A DNA stretch of 63,675 bases, the filler included, from Octopus bimaculoides (Eukaryota): assembly GCF_001194135.2 (NCBI RefSeq). It is 7 parts of 7 records of this genome, joined end to end, with 100 filler letters (N's around TTAATTAATTAA, not from the genome) between each part and the next. Parts side by side here need not be neighbours in the genome. Positions count along the whole stretch, not along the records: positions 1 to 16,139 come from NC_069001.1; positions 16,240 to 30,771 come from NC_068981.1; 5 more parts are not named here. One strand, 5' to 3'. Each line of letters opens with the position of its first letter. Position 1 is the stretch's first letter. The notes under the pieces were generated by a model that was given only the letters and a program-made list of their open reading frames with translations, was not told where the DNA came from and searched no databases. The position numbers and the translations under genes are program-made. Below, in pieces: positions 14,239 to 28,000 of the stretch.

Positions 14239-15234
14239 TTGCATATCCAAGAGCGATATGTTGTCATTAAGGTGTGCTAGACAACTAGACTATAGAAAAT
14301 GTTGCAATTTTATCATCATCATCATTCAATATCTGTTTTCCATGCTGGCATGGATTGGGTGATTTGACCAGATCTGGAACCACAAATGTCAGCTTTGGTA
14401 TGGTTTCTATGATTTGATACCCTTCATAATACCAACCATTTTACAGTGTGTGCTGGGTGCTTTTACTGTGCTACTGGCACTTATGAGTTTGCCAAGTAAC
14501 CTGTAAAACAGGAAAGAACAAGAAAAGAGAGGGTGTAGAGGTGATTTTATGCCAGAAACAAGCAGGGGTAGGATTGTCTTGCTGTAGAGAAAATACATGG
14601 CTACCCAACGTTTAAAATTATATCATTGCAGGCAGGATTTGAATTTGCACTGGTATAACCCATTAGTTTAACACCCTGACTGGCTGACTGATTTGACTCA
14701 TTATGGAATACAAAATCAACCTTGGTAGGATTTGGAAAAATCAGAATGTAACAAAATGCTGCAAAGTATTTTGTCTGACAGCCTAACCTGTCAGCCTCTC
14801 TTTGATGATGATGATGATTGTTTCTAACATAGTCCAAAGCCAGAAATCTGATGGAAAGGAGTAGTTGATTACATTGTCTCCAGACTGGTACTTTATTTTA
14901 TTGACCTTGGATAGATGAAAGTTGACTTTGCCTCTTCCATAGCAAATTTTGCCAACAGTTAAAGTTATCAAAAACACACAAAAGCCCTCCATAAGAAAAA
15001 GGGGGAAAAAACAGTTTGTTTTTTCATTCTGACTGAATCGAGAAAATAATAAATACAGACCCTGTTGTGAAATGCTGCACTAGATTTTTCACAAGCGCAA
15101 GGCAGTAAGCACAGTTTATTGATACCATCATCTACAACACATGAATTGCTAATAATATCATATATACAAGCACTGCTAATATATAATATATATACATGCA
15201 TTGCTAAAATGTAATAGACAAAGCACATACCAGA

Positions 15235-15669
15235 AGTTTTGAGACATTTTCAGGAGAGACATTTATTAATTTCTAAGAAGCACAAAATTCTAATCTCTTT
15301 TCAAAGTACGATCCTCTGACTTTTGTTTTAGCACTCCAGCACTTCATGAAGGCTCCATGGAAGTCCGCCAAAATGAAGATGTTATCCTTGTTACAACTTC
15401 CTTCACCTTCTTCTTTAGCTTTTCCTTTATCTTAGTGAACAACAAAAGTCATTGGGAGCAAAGTCTGGACTGCAGGGAGGGTGGACAACAGTTTTGATGT
15501 TCATCCTTGTCAAGTTGTTGGTTACTAGGATGAAATTGTGGACTGATGCATTGTCCTAGTGCAGGTGCTCTGGCCTTTTCCAATAAAATCTCTTCCTGAA
15601 CTCCTTCAGAACCTACACAATGTACTCTTTGTTGATCATCTGGCCAGAGGGAACCCAGTGGATGTAGAT
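15235..15669 (-). mobile_element. Mariner transposase C-terminal remnant
   Basis: Minus strand: HWVPSGQMINKEY..., H*DNASVH, VVHPPCSPDFAPNDF (YSPDLAP.DF motif), ...GSYFE near the end. Confidence 0.85.
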
Positions 15670-16139
15670 CAGTGGTTCTCAAACTTTTTGAACCACTGCC
15701 CACCCCTCATGGCCACATAATACCCTCAGTTCCCCCGTCCCTATTTTTATGTATAAGTAAATATTTTATTTCGTTTTTGTATTTGGTTTGTAAGATTCTT
15801 TATGTGAGTTTGTGTGTTGAAGCATGTTCTGTTGTGTCTTGGGAGAGTCATTCTCTTTTAGTGCCTTATAATTCAACACACTCACCGGTAAAATTTCCAC
15901 TTATTTCTTTTTTATTTTTCTAAAATTTACATTGCGTCTTGCAACCTTTTCAATAACTATTGAAGAGATTGCAAGACACAATGAAAATTTTAGAAAAATA
16001 AATATGTAAATGAATGGAAATTTTACCAGTGAGTATGTTGAATTATAAGGCACTAAAAGAGAATGACTCTCCCCAGACACAACTAAATATTTTATATTTT
16101 ACTAATTTATATATATTATGAATTATTTAATATTTAATA
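15670..16139. mobile_element. hAT-like MITE with an internal inverted repeat, truncated by a gap
   Basis: Starts cagtggttctcaaac (hAT-type terminus); 15830-15900 is the reverse complement of ~16015-16085; same internal sequence as 47600-47815. Confidence 0.65.
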
Positions 16140-17431
16140 NNNNNNNNNNNNNNNNNNNNNNNNNNNNNNNNNNNNNNNNNNNNTTAATTAATTAANNNNN
16201 NNNNNNNNNNNNNNNNNNNNNNNNNNNNNNNNNNNNNNNTATATATATGGGAGAATTTACGAAAAAAACAACAGACGAAGACAGGTGGTGTAAACAACAA
16301 ATGGATGTATTAGTTTTACATATATGCAACATACATACACACCTATACATACACAGACACACATAGTTAGAGTTTGATCTTCATATTTGCATCTATAAAA
16401 TGAAGATTTGCAGGAGATAATTATTTTCCAGGTCTTCTATTAGCCTTTCGACCTATTCTGGTGTGTCCACTACGCCAAATGTATCCTCAATATACTGAGC
16501 ATAAATTGTACGTTTATGCTTTGGTGGACACTATTTTCTATGTTGGTCATCTTGTCCGCTGTGAAATGTGGGCTCTAAAGTAAAAGGTTTAGGCACTCCA
16601 TCTTTTTAATTGTAATCATTTCCCTGTGAACAAAGAAACATTATGTCACTTGTACGAGAGAACAGTTGTCTCCTCACGATGTTTACTGGTATAGCTGATA
16701 GTTTTACTAGTAGATAGATCTATTCGTTGTCTATTCGTTCAAATATTTCTATATCTAAAAACATTGATAATTAGGATATCTATGCGTAAGGTACAGATGG
16801 TGCCGCGTAGCCTGCTTTGAATATGTGTAGAAATGATCAAATGGTTTCATTATTTAACACCAGCTCAACCCTACACGAGCAGACCCTACTCGAGCTGATC
16901 CTATTCGAGCAGACCCATCATCAAAGGCGATATTTCGTCTTTGTAGGTGTATTTAGCAAAACATTAAATGTACGTTTCCATTTTCCAAGGTCTTCAGATG
17001 TGATTTTGGGAGATTTGGGTCCTATTTCTGATAGGTAGAACTGCTACATAGAAGAACCATCCTAAGCTCGTTGAGTATATAGTATATATGTCATTTTATG
17101 TTGTTTAATACTGTTTAGTAATTGCTTGGAAATCTCTTAATATAATGAAGCAAAGGGAATATTAATATCTTTGCAGCAGTAATTTGTGCAAGTTGAATTT
17201 TCAATTGTTGAATGTTGTCTTATAATACGGATCTTCTTTAAGAAAAGCTGACGACAGATAAGAAAATATGAGAAGAATTTGAATAGTCTTTTCGGTAATA
17301 CATATCTAGAAAGAAAAGTTGTTGCAGACACACACACACACACACACATGCATGCGCGTGCGCGTGTGTGCGTGTGCGTGTGCATGTGTGTGTGTGTGCA
17401 TGTGTGTGTGTGTGCATGTGCGTGTGTGTGT

Positions 17432-17466
<35 letters not shown>

Positions 17467-17929
17467 CGTAAGTGTGGCTGTGTTTAAAAGTACACTTCAC
17501 AACCACGTAGTTTCGGGTTCAGCCCCAGTGTGCGGCACCTAGGGCAAATGCCTTCTAGTATAACTCTGTGCCAGTAATTGCCTCATTATCGGTTTATAAT
17601 ATTCAAAACCTTTCCATCAATGTTTTTAGTATTGTTATTGATTTGACTCATTCCTGGTAGAATTTATTTGAGTAGCAGGTTACTACCTGTATCCTTAGGC
17701 ATCCACAATCTTTCAATAGTCTTTTAAGTGCTTGAAACCCTCCTGATAATCATTCCTGTCCCTAAGAGGCTATTATTATTATTCTTTTACTTCTCAGAGC
17801 GCGCGGTCTTGTTTGCTCTGGTTGATTCAGTGAGAGCGGACAGCAGCCTGTTGTAAGAGGTATCACATGGTCTCTTTCCGCATATTATAAGCTTTGATAA
17901 CTGGCTGTTAATCATCGCGAAAGACATTC

Positions 17930-18364
17930 AACAGGCACATGCATCACAACCATATGTGCGTGACATGGTGATCTCATATCAAGATAAACAGCGCATGACC
18001 TCGCAGGTGGGGCTCAGTTAGCATTTTCTTCAGATCGAGTGGCCCATCCCGCTCAAAAGGTCCCTGAATAAGGGTTGTTTAAGGATGCTGAGCAAAAGAG
18101 CCATGTTTCCAAAGGTGAATTATTCAAACCCCAAATAATTCCTCTCAACACATGGCTAAGATGCTCCCCCACTACTTCTGCTCATGATCAGAGATGCACA
18201 TATCGTCAGCCACCAAGGGACATGCTCAACTGGTTAAGGTCAAACAACTGACAAGCAAATCTGTGGTATTAAGCAGAATATTTGCTGTAGCCCATCTTTT
18301 ATACCAAGACAAAACAATGTACATGATAACATGATAACACTTCCAATTAATTAAGATCAGAAGC

Positions 18365-18365
<1 letters not shown>
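17930..18365 (-). repeat. Dispersed repeat, probably non-LTR derived, flanked by (ATT)n
   Basis: GC-richer block bounded by a microsatellite; recalled as an abundant octopus repeat, and a piece recalled as the same family's 3' end is at 25590-25685. Not verifiable within the window. Confidence 0.4.
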
Positions 18366-18430
<65 letters not shown>

Positions 18431-21062
18431 GATTATTATTATTATCATTTGTTAAGCGAAAGGTAAGAATCCGGGAGAAACGGTAGAGCGTCGAAAAAAT
18501 ATATTGTAACATTTGATCTAGCATTTTAGCCTGTAGTTCAAATCTCACTGCAGTCTACCTTTCTTGCTTTCGGGGACCATGAATTTAGAGAATCACTAAA
18601 GTACTGAATTCGATGTTATCGTCTAGCCCTTTTCCTTTTGCAGTTTAGGCTATGTTTCTATGTTATTTATTGAGGATCGGTGGCGGAATTAATAGAGTGT
18701 TAAAAAATGTATTATGTTTTAGTTACGGTCATCTATGTTCTGAGCTTAAACCCCTGCATAGTCAATTCTGTCTTCATTTCAGCTTCAATCCCACTCGACT
18801 GAGGCGTTTTCCCCCAGACGACTCTATGTTTGGAATGAATATTACTATTTACTGTTGCTGTTTAACTCTGTTTAGCCCTATTAAAGTAGAACTGTGGAGC
18901 GAAGGTATTCTAGCTGTAGCCTTTCTTCTTTCATAAATACGTTTAAATATTTTCGTCGTTATGTCCTCTGTAAAAAAAAAAATGGTAAGGTATGATTTAA
19001 AATAAATGTCTAGTAGTGCTAGCATGTCGATGGGGGACAATATAGTTATTCCCTCTTTGGCTTGCATTAATTATATATCTTTCATTCGGCTTAACACTTC
19101 ACATCAACAGCAAAGGGTTTTAAAGCTAATGGAAAACTCATACTTTTCCTAGGTTATTAATGTCATAAGTAAATTGAAAAGGCTTCGAATAGAAGTGAGG
19201 CTAATGCTTACCTCAAATCGATAACACTCGCTACTGTTAAATAATAATTCTATTAACAGGAAATATCAAAAAGTGATTCAAATATATAAATTCCATTGAA
19301 ATCCCCTCAAAGAAATCATCGATATTTTAACATCAAAATATTAGAAAAATAATCGATTGACCTATTTTTCTATACGAACACAAAAGACTTGCAAAATATC
19401 CGGTGTATTTGAGTGTTATTTGCTTATATTAACAAAGCATAATGTATAAGTTTAATTGAAACAATTTCAATGAAACAAGCTCGAACAATTAGGCTTTAGT
19501 AAATTCCAGTAACAGCAAGATTTCTCAATACCTTACTGTTATACAGGTTTCGTCATCGGACTGCGCCATGCTGGAGCACCATTTTCAAAGGATTAGCCGA
19601 ACATATCGATTCCCAGTATTTAATTCAGTTTAGTGCTTGATTTAATGAGTTCAGTATTTTTGAATCTCTAAGTTGCAAGACATAAAACGATCTCAACATA
19701 AACCAGATTTTAGAGGGTAAGCACGGTTATAGACTCGGATACACACTCATACGAATATGTACACAGACACAAATACCTATCAATGACCTTTGACGTCTGT
19801 AATAAACTGCCTGAGTCTCTGAACATGGAAAGTTCCTCGTCTGAGTACAGGCCAGGATAAGGATTTTGTGGAAGCTTACTAGTTGCCCACGTTTGCAAGT
19901 CTCTCTTCACTATACCGCTGATATTGTCCAAAGAAAAGACAACTCAGAGCTTTAAATCGTATTGTCGCTGGCGATACCGTCAAAACATTGAGAGGCAGGA
20001 CAGATGTCGCAAAATATCTCGTCAAATGTTCAAACAATTTCGACAATCCACGCACACAAGCACACAAACACACACACATATTCCCAAAATGCTAGTAGAT
20101 TCCAGGATATGGCAAAAGTCACGTGCACGGATGCACATAACACTGAGTTGCGTCTCTTCATTGCAATGTACACAGCAATGTATTCACACCAAGTTACAAC
20201 TGGTATACACGCACAAACATATATATTTATATCGACACACGTACAAACACACTCGCACACACACACTCGTGCGCACACACCCGTACAAGTACAAAAGCAC
20301 ATACATACACACATCTGAGTTTTGCGTCTGTAAATTACACGTATGATCAATCAGGCAATGTTTTGTGCATAAGAGTGGGTAATAATATTTTGGGAAAGTA
20401 CTAGCTAGGTAACTTGAGTCATTTGAGTCAAACAGATGTGAAAAAAGTGCTCAATACATGTTGTAGAAAATATTTAATTGAAGCTGAACCTTTTATCTTG
20501 CGACTGAGTTTCAAGACGACACTAGGGAGATAAAAATTCTCGACTTGAATCGTCAGATGAAGTTTTAAACCACACACACACACACACACACACNNNNNNN
20601 NNNNNNNNNNNNNNNNNNNNNNNNNNNNNNNNNNNNNNNNNNNNNNNNNNNNNNNNNNNNNNNNNNNNNNNNNNNNNNNNNNNNNNNNNNNNNNNNNNNN
20701 NNNNNNNNNNNNNNNNNNNNNNNNNNNNNNNNNNNNNNNNNNNNNNNNNNNNNNNNNNNNNNNNNNNNNNNNNNNNNNNNNNNNNNNNNNNNNNNNNNNN
20801 NNNNNNNNNNNNNNNNNNNNNNNNNNNNNNNNNNNNNNNNNNNNNNNNNNNNNNNNNNNNNNNNNNNNNNNNNNNNNNNNNNNNNNNNNNNNNNNNNNNN
20901 NNNNNNNNNNNNNNNNNNNNNNNNNNNNNNNNNNNNNNNNNNNNNNNNNNNNNNNNNNNNNNNNNNNNNNNNNNNNNNNNNNNNNNNNNNNNNNNNNNNN
21001 NNNNNNNNNNNNNNNNNNNNNNNNNNNNNNNNNNNNNNNNNNNNNNNNNNNNNNNNNNNNNN

Positions 21063-21118
<56 letters not shown>

Positions 21119-21361
21119 ATAAGTTGGCAATCTGCTTTAACGTTCACCCTGTTCTTGTATGTTTACGGCAGTCATGAAGAGCACAGCCTAGGGCAAAACG
21201 CATAGTAGAATACCAGCTTTTGATATGATAGACATATCCATGGATCTTATCCAAAGTATAGAGTAAAAAGTTTTATTTATTTTACAACTTCCCCCCACGC
21301 ATACACACACGTATTAATATATATGTATGTATATACTATATACTCACACACATACATACAC

Positions 21362-21398
<37 letters not shown>

Positions 21399-21739
21399 TG
21401 TGTGTGTGTATAGTATATATTCATTCACAAACACACATATACACACGTATATATGTGTGTGTATATAATATATACTTACACACACACATATATATGAGAG
21501 AAAGGGAAATGAAGAAAGAAAGGTGTGTGGTGTATCTGTGTATTCATGTGTGTATTCATATGTTGGCGACACGTTGATTCCGAAAGATAAGGAGTCATAC
21601 GTAAGCACATACACTTGCACGCTTGCGCGCGCACACTCGCTCACAAGTACGCACGCATACGCATACAGGCAGAAACATATATTTGCACATATATACACAG
21701 AAAAATTTGATATGACTTTGAAATCTCACTAGTCGTTAG

Positions 21740-22670
21740 CCTCATCAGATAGTGTGATGAAACATTTGAATGGTGAGGCTTTGACGACTCTGTCAAAATT
21801 GACCTTGTGAAAAAACTTGTCCAAAGCAAAACTAACAAAGAAAAACCAAAAAATCATATGTGACTTAAATGCATTTTGGGATCCTTCAGTAAATAATTAA
21901 CTGTTTTGTTTATAACTATACATACATACATACATACATACATACATGAGACAGAGACGCTCTTGTAATCCCAAGGTGCAATTGCATGTGTAGGCTATGT
22001 CATGTTTCTGTGGAAGGCATCACGCATGTGATTAGCAGCTGTCCTAAAATGTTGTCACGGTACTACATCTCTATGCGGCACCACATTGTCGCTAAAACAA
22101 TTTAGAATGCCGTTCACAAAAAAAAAAACACTGTCCAGAAATAAACTTAGAAAATCCCTCTGTTACGGAATATATTCATAAATACCAACTCAAGGAATGC
22201 TGGTGGAATATTTTCATCAACATTTCTATCAAATGTAAACATAACAGGCCGGATATTGTTTTTTGGGACAGAAGGGCAAAGATATATACCATCATGGAGG
22301 TCAGCCGCCCTGCAGATATAAATATCTCTTTGACAATCAAAGAAAAAGAGGATACCTATGGACAACTGCTTCGAAACCCCCAGCTTCTATATCCGGATTA
22401 TGAATTCACATTCACACTAATAATTGGAGCACTAGGTTTTGTTAGTAAATGCTTAAAGGAGAATCCAGATAAACTGGGATTTTCAGAAGGAGAAATCGAT
22501 CGGCTGGTTCGTACATTACATGTGTAATCTGTGAGCGGGAGAATAAAAATATGCAAGACTTTTCTCAGATTCCAAATATTAATTTATCTATCTTAACTAC
22601 GTCCCAAAAATTGCGTCTTGTATCTTTGTTGGAAACCGGCTCCCTCCTCAGTGGATGATATATAATAATT
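21740..22670 (+). mobile_element. Degenerate R4/Dong-clade (RLE) non-LTR retrotransposon 3' part
   Basis: CRLCHVSVEGITHVISSCPK..YY..RH..VAKTI (zinc knuckle), then HNRPDIVFWD...IMEVSRPADINI...KEKEDTYG and IIGALGFV (PD..E restriction-like endonuclease). 5' boundary uncertain; interrupted by (TACA)n. Confidence 0.85.
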
Positions 22671-22784
22671 AAAAAATAGAAGAGACATACGTACATACAC
22701 GCGTGTGTTTCTACGTAGTGTTTGCATATTAAATACATTCACTTACATTTATGGATAGAGACAGAGAGAGATTGTAAGAAAGAT

Positions 22785-22863
<79 letters not shown>

Positions 22864-23244
22864 GAGGGAGAGAGAAAGAGAGAAATAAAGAGAGAATGAA
22901 AGATTGAAGTACCGATAAAGATAAATAACTATAGAAAAGTATCTATTGATTCATATATAACTGCATATATTGCATTTATATACGCACGTACGCACGCATA
23001 TAGGAATATGTACGCACGCATGTGTGCACTCTTGCATGTCTATAGAAAACAAGATTACAAACTCATAACTAAAGATTTCGGACAACCAATCTTATTTGTT
23101 CGACTCAACTTAGTCAGCAGATTGCATAAACCATTTCGGTATGGATCTGTAATCCTTTTTAGAATGATTTGACATATTTCATATTTGTACGTTAAAAGGA
23201 ATGAAACAAAAATATAAAATGTGGCTGTGTTTGTGTATGTGAGG

Positions 23245-23281
<37 letters not shown>

Positions 23282-23669
23282 TGTGTGTGCGTATGTGCGC
23301 GCGCGCGCGCGTGTATTTTATATTTATGATTATAACACCTCTTTTATATCTCTTTTTCAGGTGAACGATTACTTGAAGGAGAGGCCGCAGAAGCTGTTAA
23401 ACTCGACAATCAATGTTAATATTGCTTCTACGTATGCTCTAAATTCAGGAAGATGAAAAAAAGAATTGAGTTATAGTTGCCGGATATACAAACTTTATCA
23501 GTTAAAAGAAAGAAATGGATTCTTCGCTTTTTTCCCCCCATTTATTGCCAAACTGATGAAAATAACGTCGAGGCTGTGACAAACAAACTGAAATCAACGA
23601 TCGATCGATAAAGATAATCATATGGAAGTATTCAACGAGTGATACTTAGGGATAATAATAATAATAATG

Positions 23670-23721
<52 letters not shown>

Positions 23722-24143
23722 TAATAATACCTAGAAGGGCAATTGATGAGAGGATATTACAGGGACATATGAAATGTTTGTGTGTGTGTATGTGTGTGTG
23801 TGTGTTCATGTATGTGCGAGTATGGGGAAATTTACAATGAAATCGAATGAAATGACATGAAAAGTGAATATGAAAGTCCTAACGGGAAGACTGCCACTTT
23901 GGGCCAAATAGTGCAGCCCTGCAGATTGAGGATTACCTCGACTGCCGAAGATAATTGTCCTCTCTAAGCTGTATTCTCCGACCTACTGGCAGATTCAGAA
24001 CTGGGCTGCACTTTCCACTCTGACGCATCTTTCAACAAACTTATATTAGAGGGCAGCATCTTTCTTTCCACCCTCACCTATTCTAAATGGAAATTGAGAA
24101 AGTCCACTCAACATTAGAAATAAATTGTTACATGTCCGATGTC

Positions 24144-24197
<54 letters not shown>

Positions 24198-25829
24198 CTA
24201 ATGAACTATTTTAAAAAAGTATTATAGAATTCTAATTTTACAAATTTCAGGTATTTATGCCTCCCTTTTATTTTCTTTGAATCTATATATGCCTTCGGTT
24301 CTGTTTAGAATTTTTCAAATTTGTCGAGTTGACAGAAACTATAGCGTACCAGATTAAATGCTTAAGCCATTTAATCTTATTCTTCTACATTCTGTGTGAA
24401 TCCCTCGCAGAGGTTGACATTTCTTTCTATCTCTTCCGGGTCGATAAGTTAAGTACCAGTAAAATATTGCGGTCGATTCAGTCGGCTTTATATTTCTCGT
24501 ATACAAGGTTTTGTAGCTGTGCCTCAACATGAGTAATCGAATATTAGTCCATATTGCATTAGAGTGGAAGAGTAATTATCTCGGCACTTGAAAGATATTT
24601 CGCTTTTTCTTAAAACATTAATGACATTACAAAGGCTTGAATGCCACAACAATTTAGTTCTTTTCACCCATAAAGCTGGGCTTTGTGCGTAATTAAAAGC
24701 AAGCCCTTCAATGTGAATCCATATATTTTATCCTAAACGCTGTGATCTAAGTTAAGCTCCTAGTGGGCCAAATAAGTCCGCATCGAGTTTCGACTCGTGG
24801 TTGTAGCTACGACACTTAACATTCCTAAATGTTCTTGAAAAAGGGATAAACGTCACACAAGTCTCATTTACTTATCTATACAAATCTGGGGCCACGTGCC
24901 GAAGAAAACTAAATAAACAATAATTTGCCGTACATTTCAAACTAATAAACATTCTTTTATGATTTTTCAATTCTCATTTTCCATATTTATTTCTTTTTCT
25001 TGTTAATGTTGTTACTCACTCGACAAAATAATCCTCGCCAAAAACAATAAAATCAAAGACACATATAATAAGATTCTTGATTCATATTTTCATATAATTA
25101 GTCGAATTTCCATTCCAGTTCTATTGATTAAGCATATACTTCACTTTCAAATTATTTCTTGTTGATACATTCCCTCAGCACTTGAATAAACTTTCGTCCA
25201 ATATCACTGTTTATTGTTTCAGACATACTTGTTGTTGTTATTTTTATGAAATAGATCTAATGCAGTGAGCTGGAAAAATCGTTAGAGCGTGGGAAAATAT
25301 GCTTTATGGTATTTATTCCGGTTCTTTAAATTCAAATTTCGAACCGGCCGGGGTTAACGTTACATTTCGTACAATAGAGTACCATTCAATTACTGGGTCA
25401 GTTTAATCGACTAACCCCTACCCTCAAAATTGCTGACCTCGGGTAAGTAAAAAAAAAAAGAATAACAAAATTAGATAAAAGAAATAAAGCGTCAGGATGC
25501 TTTCAACAAATTCCTGTTCTCTCAGAATTGCTGACTTTGTGCCTGAATTAGAAATAATTTTTCTAAAAGAAAACATAACTAGTACTTATTGTTATTATTA
25601 TTATTGAGGGAGAGAGCAGTGCATGCCATCAAAGTGACACTGGGGTAAAATATACAAAGCCCATTATACCCATCATAACTACTCTTTTACTGTTGTTGTT
25701 GTTCTTCTTGAGCTCAGAGCTGCCCCAGTAAACAGGCATGGTCAAAACTATAATTGCATATGCCTAAAGCGAACAGAACTGCATGTGGCAGTCCAGTACA
25801 AAGCATGCTACGGAACAAGACTACTGATT

Positions 25830-26043
25830 AATAATCCTTTCTACTGTAGGCACAAGGCCTAAAATATTTTGGAGTGGGGTCTAGTCTATTACATCGATTC
25901 CTGTGCGTAACTGGTACTTATTTCATCGAGTCTGAAAGGATAAAATGCAAAGCTGATCACGGCAGAATTTGAACTTAGAGAACCAGAAAAAATACCGCCA
26001 AGCATTTTGCTTGGCGTGCTTACGATTCTGCCAGCTCGCCGCT
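25830..26043 (-). mobile_element. SINE family A copy
   Basis: Reverse complement of the 43388-43600 family over its full length. Confidence 0.75.
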
Positions 26044-27649
26044 ACTGATTAATAATAATTCTTTTTGCTGTAGGTACAAGACCTGACATTTCGGGGTAGG
26101 GAGCTAACCAAATACATTAACCAAAGTCGAATGTAAATATCTACAAATATATCTAATAAAGAATAATGGAAATCTAATACAAAGAGCTAAAGAAAAATGA
26201 ACTCCAGCCGAATAAAGTGTTGCTTTCTGTCTTAAAATATTAAAGAGAAGTGAATGTGACAGTCACATGTAAGGAAGAAGAAACAAAGACAAAATTGTTT
26301 TAAAAATAACTAGGCTGAAAATATGGTTACAGATTGTCGTTACTGTACGGACAATAAAGAAAAATATCCGGACTAGTGGAGAAGCGTAGGTCTCGGTTGA
26401 GTCCAAAAGATTTTTTATTACGGTCCAAAACCAAATCTTTCCTACTTGAAACTATCAACAGAATATAATGAAATAGAATACCACACGTAATTATTAAATA
26501 CGTGGAGGGTGTGAAAAATCAATTAATCACATTGTGTTTAGCTTCTTAGTCATAACAAACATGAAAATACATTTACTGGAGGTTTTATAAACTGGAAGTT
26601 AGGCCAGTATTATAAAAAACAGACAGAAAAGAGATTGTACAAACACACCAGAAGAGGTCGCGGAGAATGACAAACTGACAATGCTCTGTGATATGCCAAT
26701 TCTTAAAGACACAGATATTAAAAACATTTTGGTAATAAAATTTTGTCATAGATTATTTGATAATTTAATGACTTCTTCTGATGAGTCCAGACAGAAAACA
26801 AATTTGTTCTTAAAATAAAAAAAAAAAGACACATTATCGAAATATAAATATAGGAAATAGAAATTTCCAGGACACAGAATTTGTAAACTGAAACATGTGT
26901 ATAATAATAGATTTGGGAATAATTGCAAAAAAATATTCGGACAAAAGCAAATAAACACAAAGCCTCAGTCCACATATACAGACGCGCACACACTCTCACA
27001 CACATACATATGCACGCACATGCATGTAGACGCATGCAAACGTATGCACATGCAGAATACACACACGTGAACTATATTCTTTCAAGTGACATGCTTAGTC
27101 GATCACGTGCTGTCCTAGTGCGTTTTTGATATTGTTTCATTGCTGCAGAACAAGTTTCACCCAGATATGCGTTGCGGTGAAGCTAACTCTGTAGAGTTGT
27201 ACAGAGGTGGTGAACTCATATATCGCTTTCGTTATTTTGTATCTCTTAACTGTCGGACCAAGCTAAGCTTCTATCTGATCATGGTGACCGGTAGAACTCG
27301 ATATTCCTTAACTGACATTGTACAAGCAGTTGCTGAGGCTACAACACCTGCAGAAATTCCTGGTCAATGAGGGGCTGTGGTCTCCGGTTGTCAAGCATGA
27401 CTTTCCATAACTCTTTTCTGTTTCTGTGACAGTGCTGCAGTTTTTGGTTTGAGTAAAAAAGTGGAGTTAGTGCACATGCATATATGCAAGCACCTAGCCA
27501 CAGGCTCGGGTTATAGTATATAAGGAGGACGAATAAAAGTGACGGCTTGCTACGCTGGTAATTTTTGGCGCGTCACCAAAACTGCATTGCAGTAAGGGCA
27601 TATTGCGAATGCCAAAATGAACAAAACGACGTGCAATAAGCGAGGTCTG

Positions 27650-28000
27650 TATGGGTATTTAGTTCATATAAACCCCATGGAACTATCTCAGAGATGTTAC
27701 TGGTGTAGGGTTGAGTGTAGAGGAACAAGTGATGTAACTAGTGGTGCAGAGTAGCAAACTACATATGTAGTAGGGAAAACCACTTGAATGCCTTCTGGTC
27801 CGAGGATCTGGGACGGGAGATAGAAAACGGTGGTAGAATCAGTGCGATCAATAGCATTTATGGGACATGGAAACTGCTGTTTCCAGAAACAGAAGCGACT
27901 GTACCTTAAACTCGGCAGCTGGTCGACGAACTGTGTCTCTACTGTGTTTGCATTTAGTATGCAGAGCACATCGCTGAGGTAGTTTTCCCCATCCATAACT
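27650..28000 (+). mobile_element. Possible very old RTE endonuclease remnant
   Basis: + frame NAFWSEDLGREIENGGRISAINSI resembles RTE F.WSG....RRE.GV.FAI.NSI; weak. Confidence 0.35.

Noticed and set aside
16184-16195. TTAATTAATTAA centred in 100-nt N blocks (also 30816, 51181, 53804, 59745, 62509)
   Set aside because: Identical 44N-12-44N layout: an artificial all-frame-stop scaffolding spacer, not biology.
16547-16609. Signal-peptide-like MLWWTLFSMLVILSAVKCGL as a possible Wnt exon 1
   Set aside because: Ends in TAA with no convincing donor, and lacks the YFG-type junction.
22620-22665. Hammerhead-like CTGAGGA...stem on the minus strand (and CTGATG near 59460)
   Set aside because: The conserved GAAA half of the core is missing; better explained as LINE 3' UTR.
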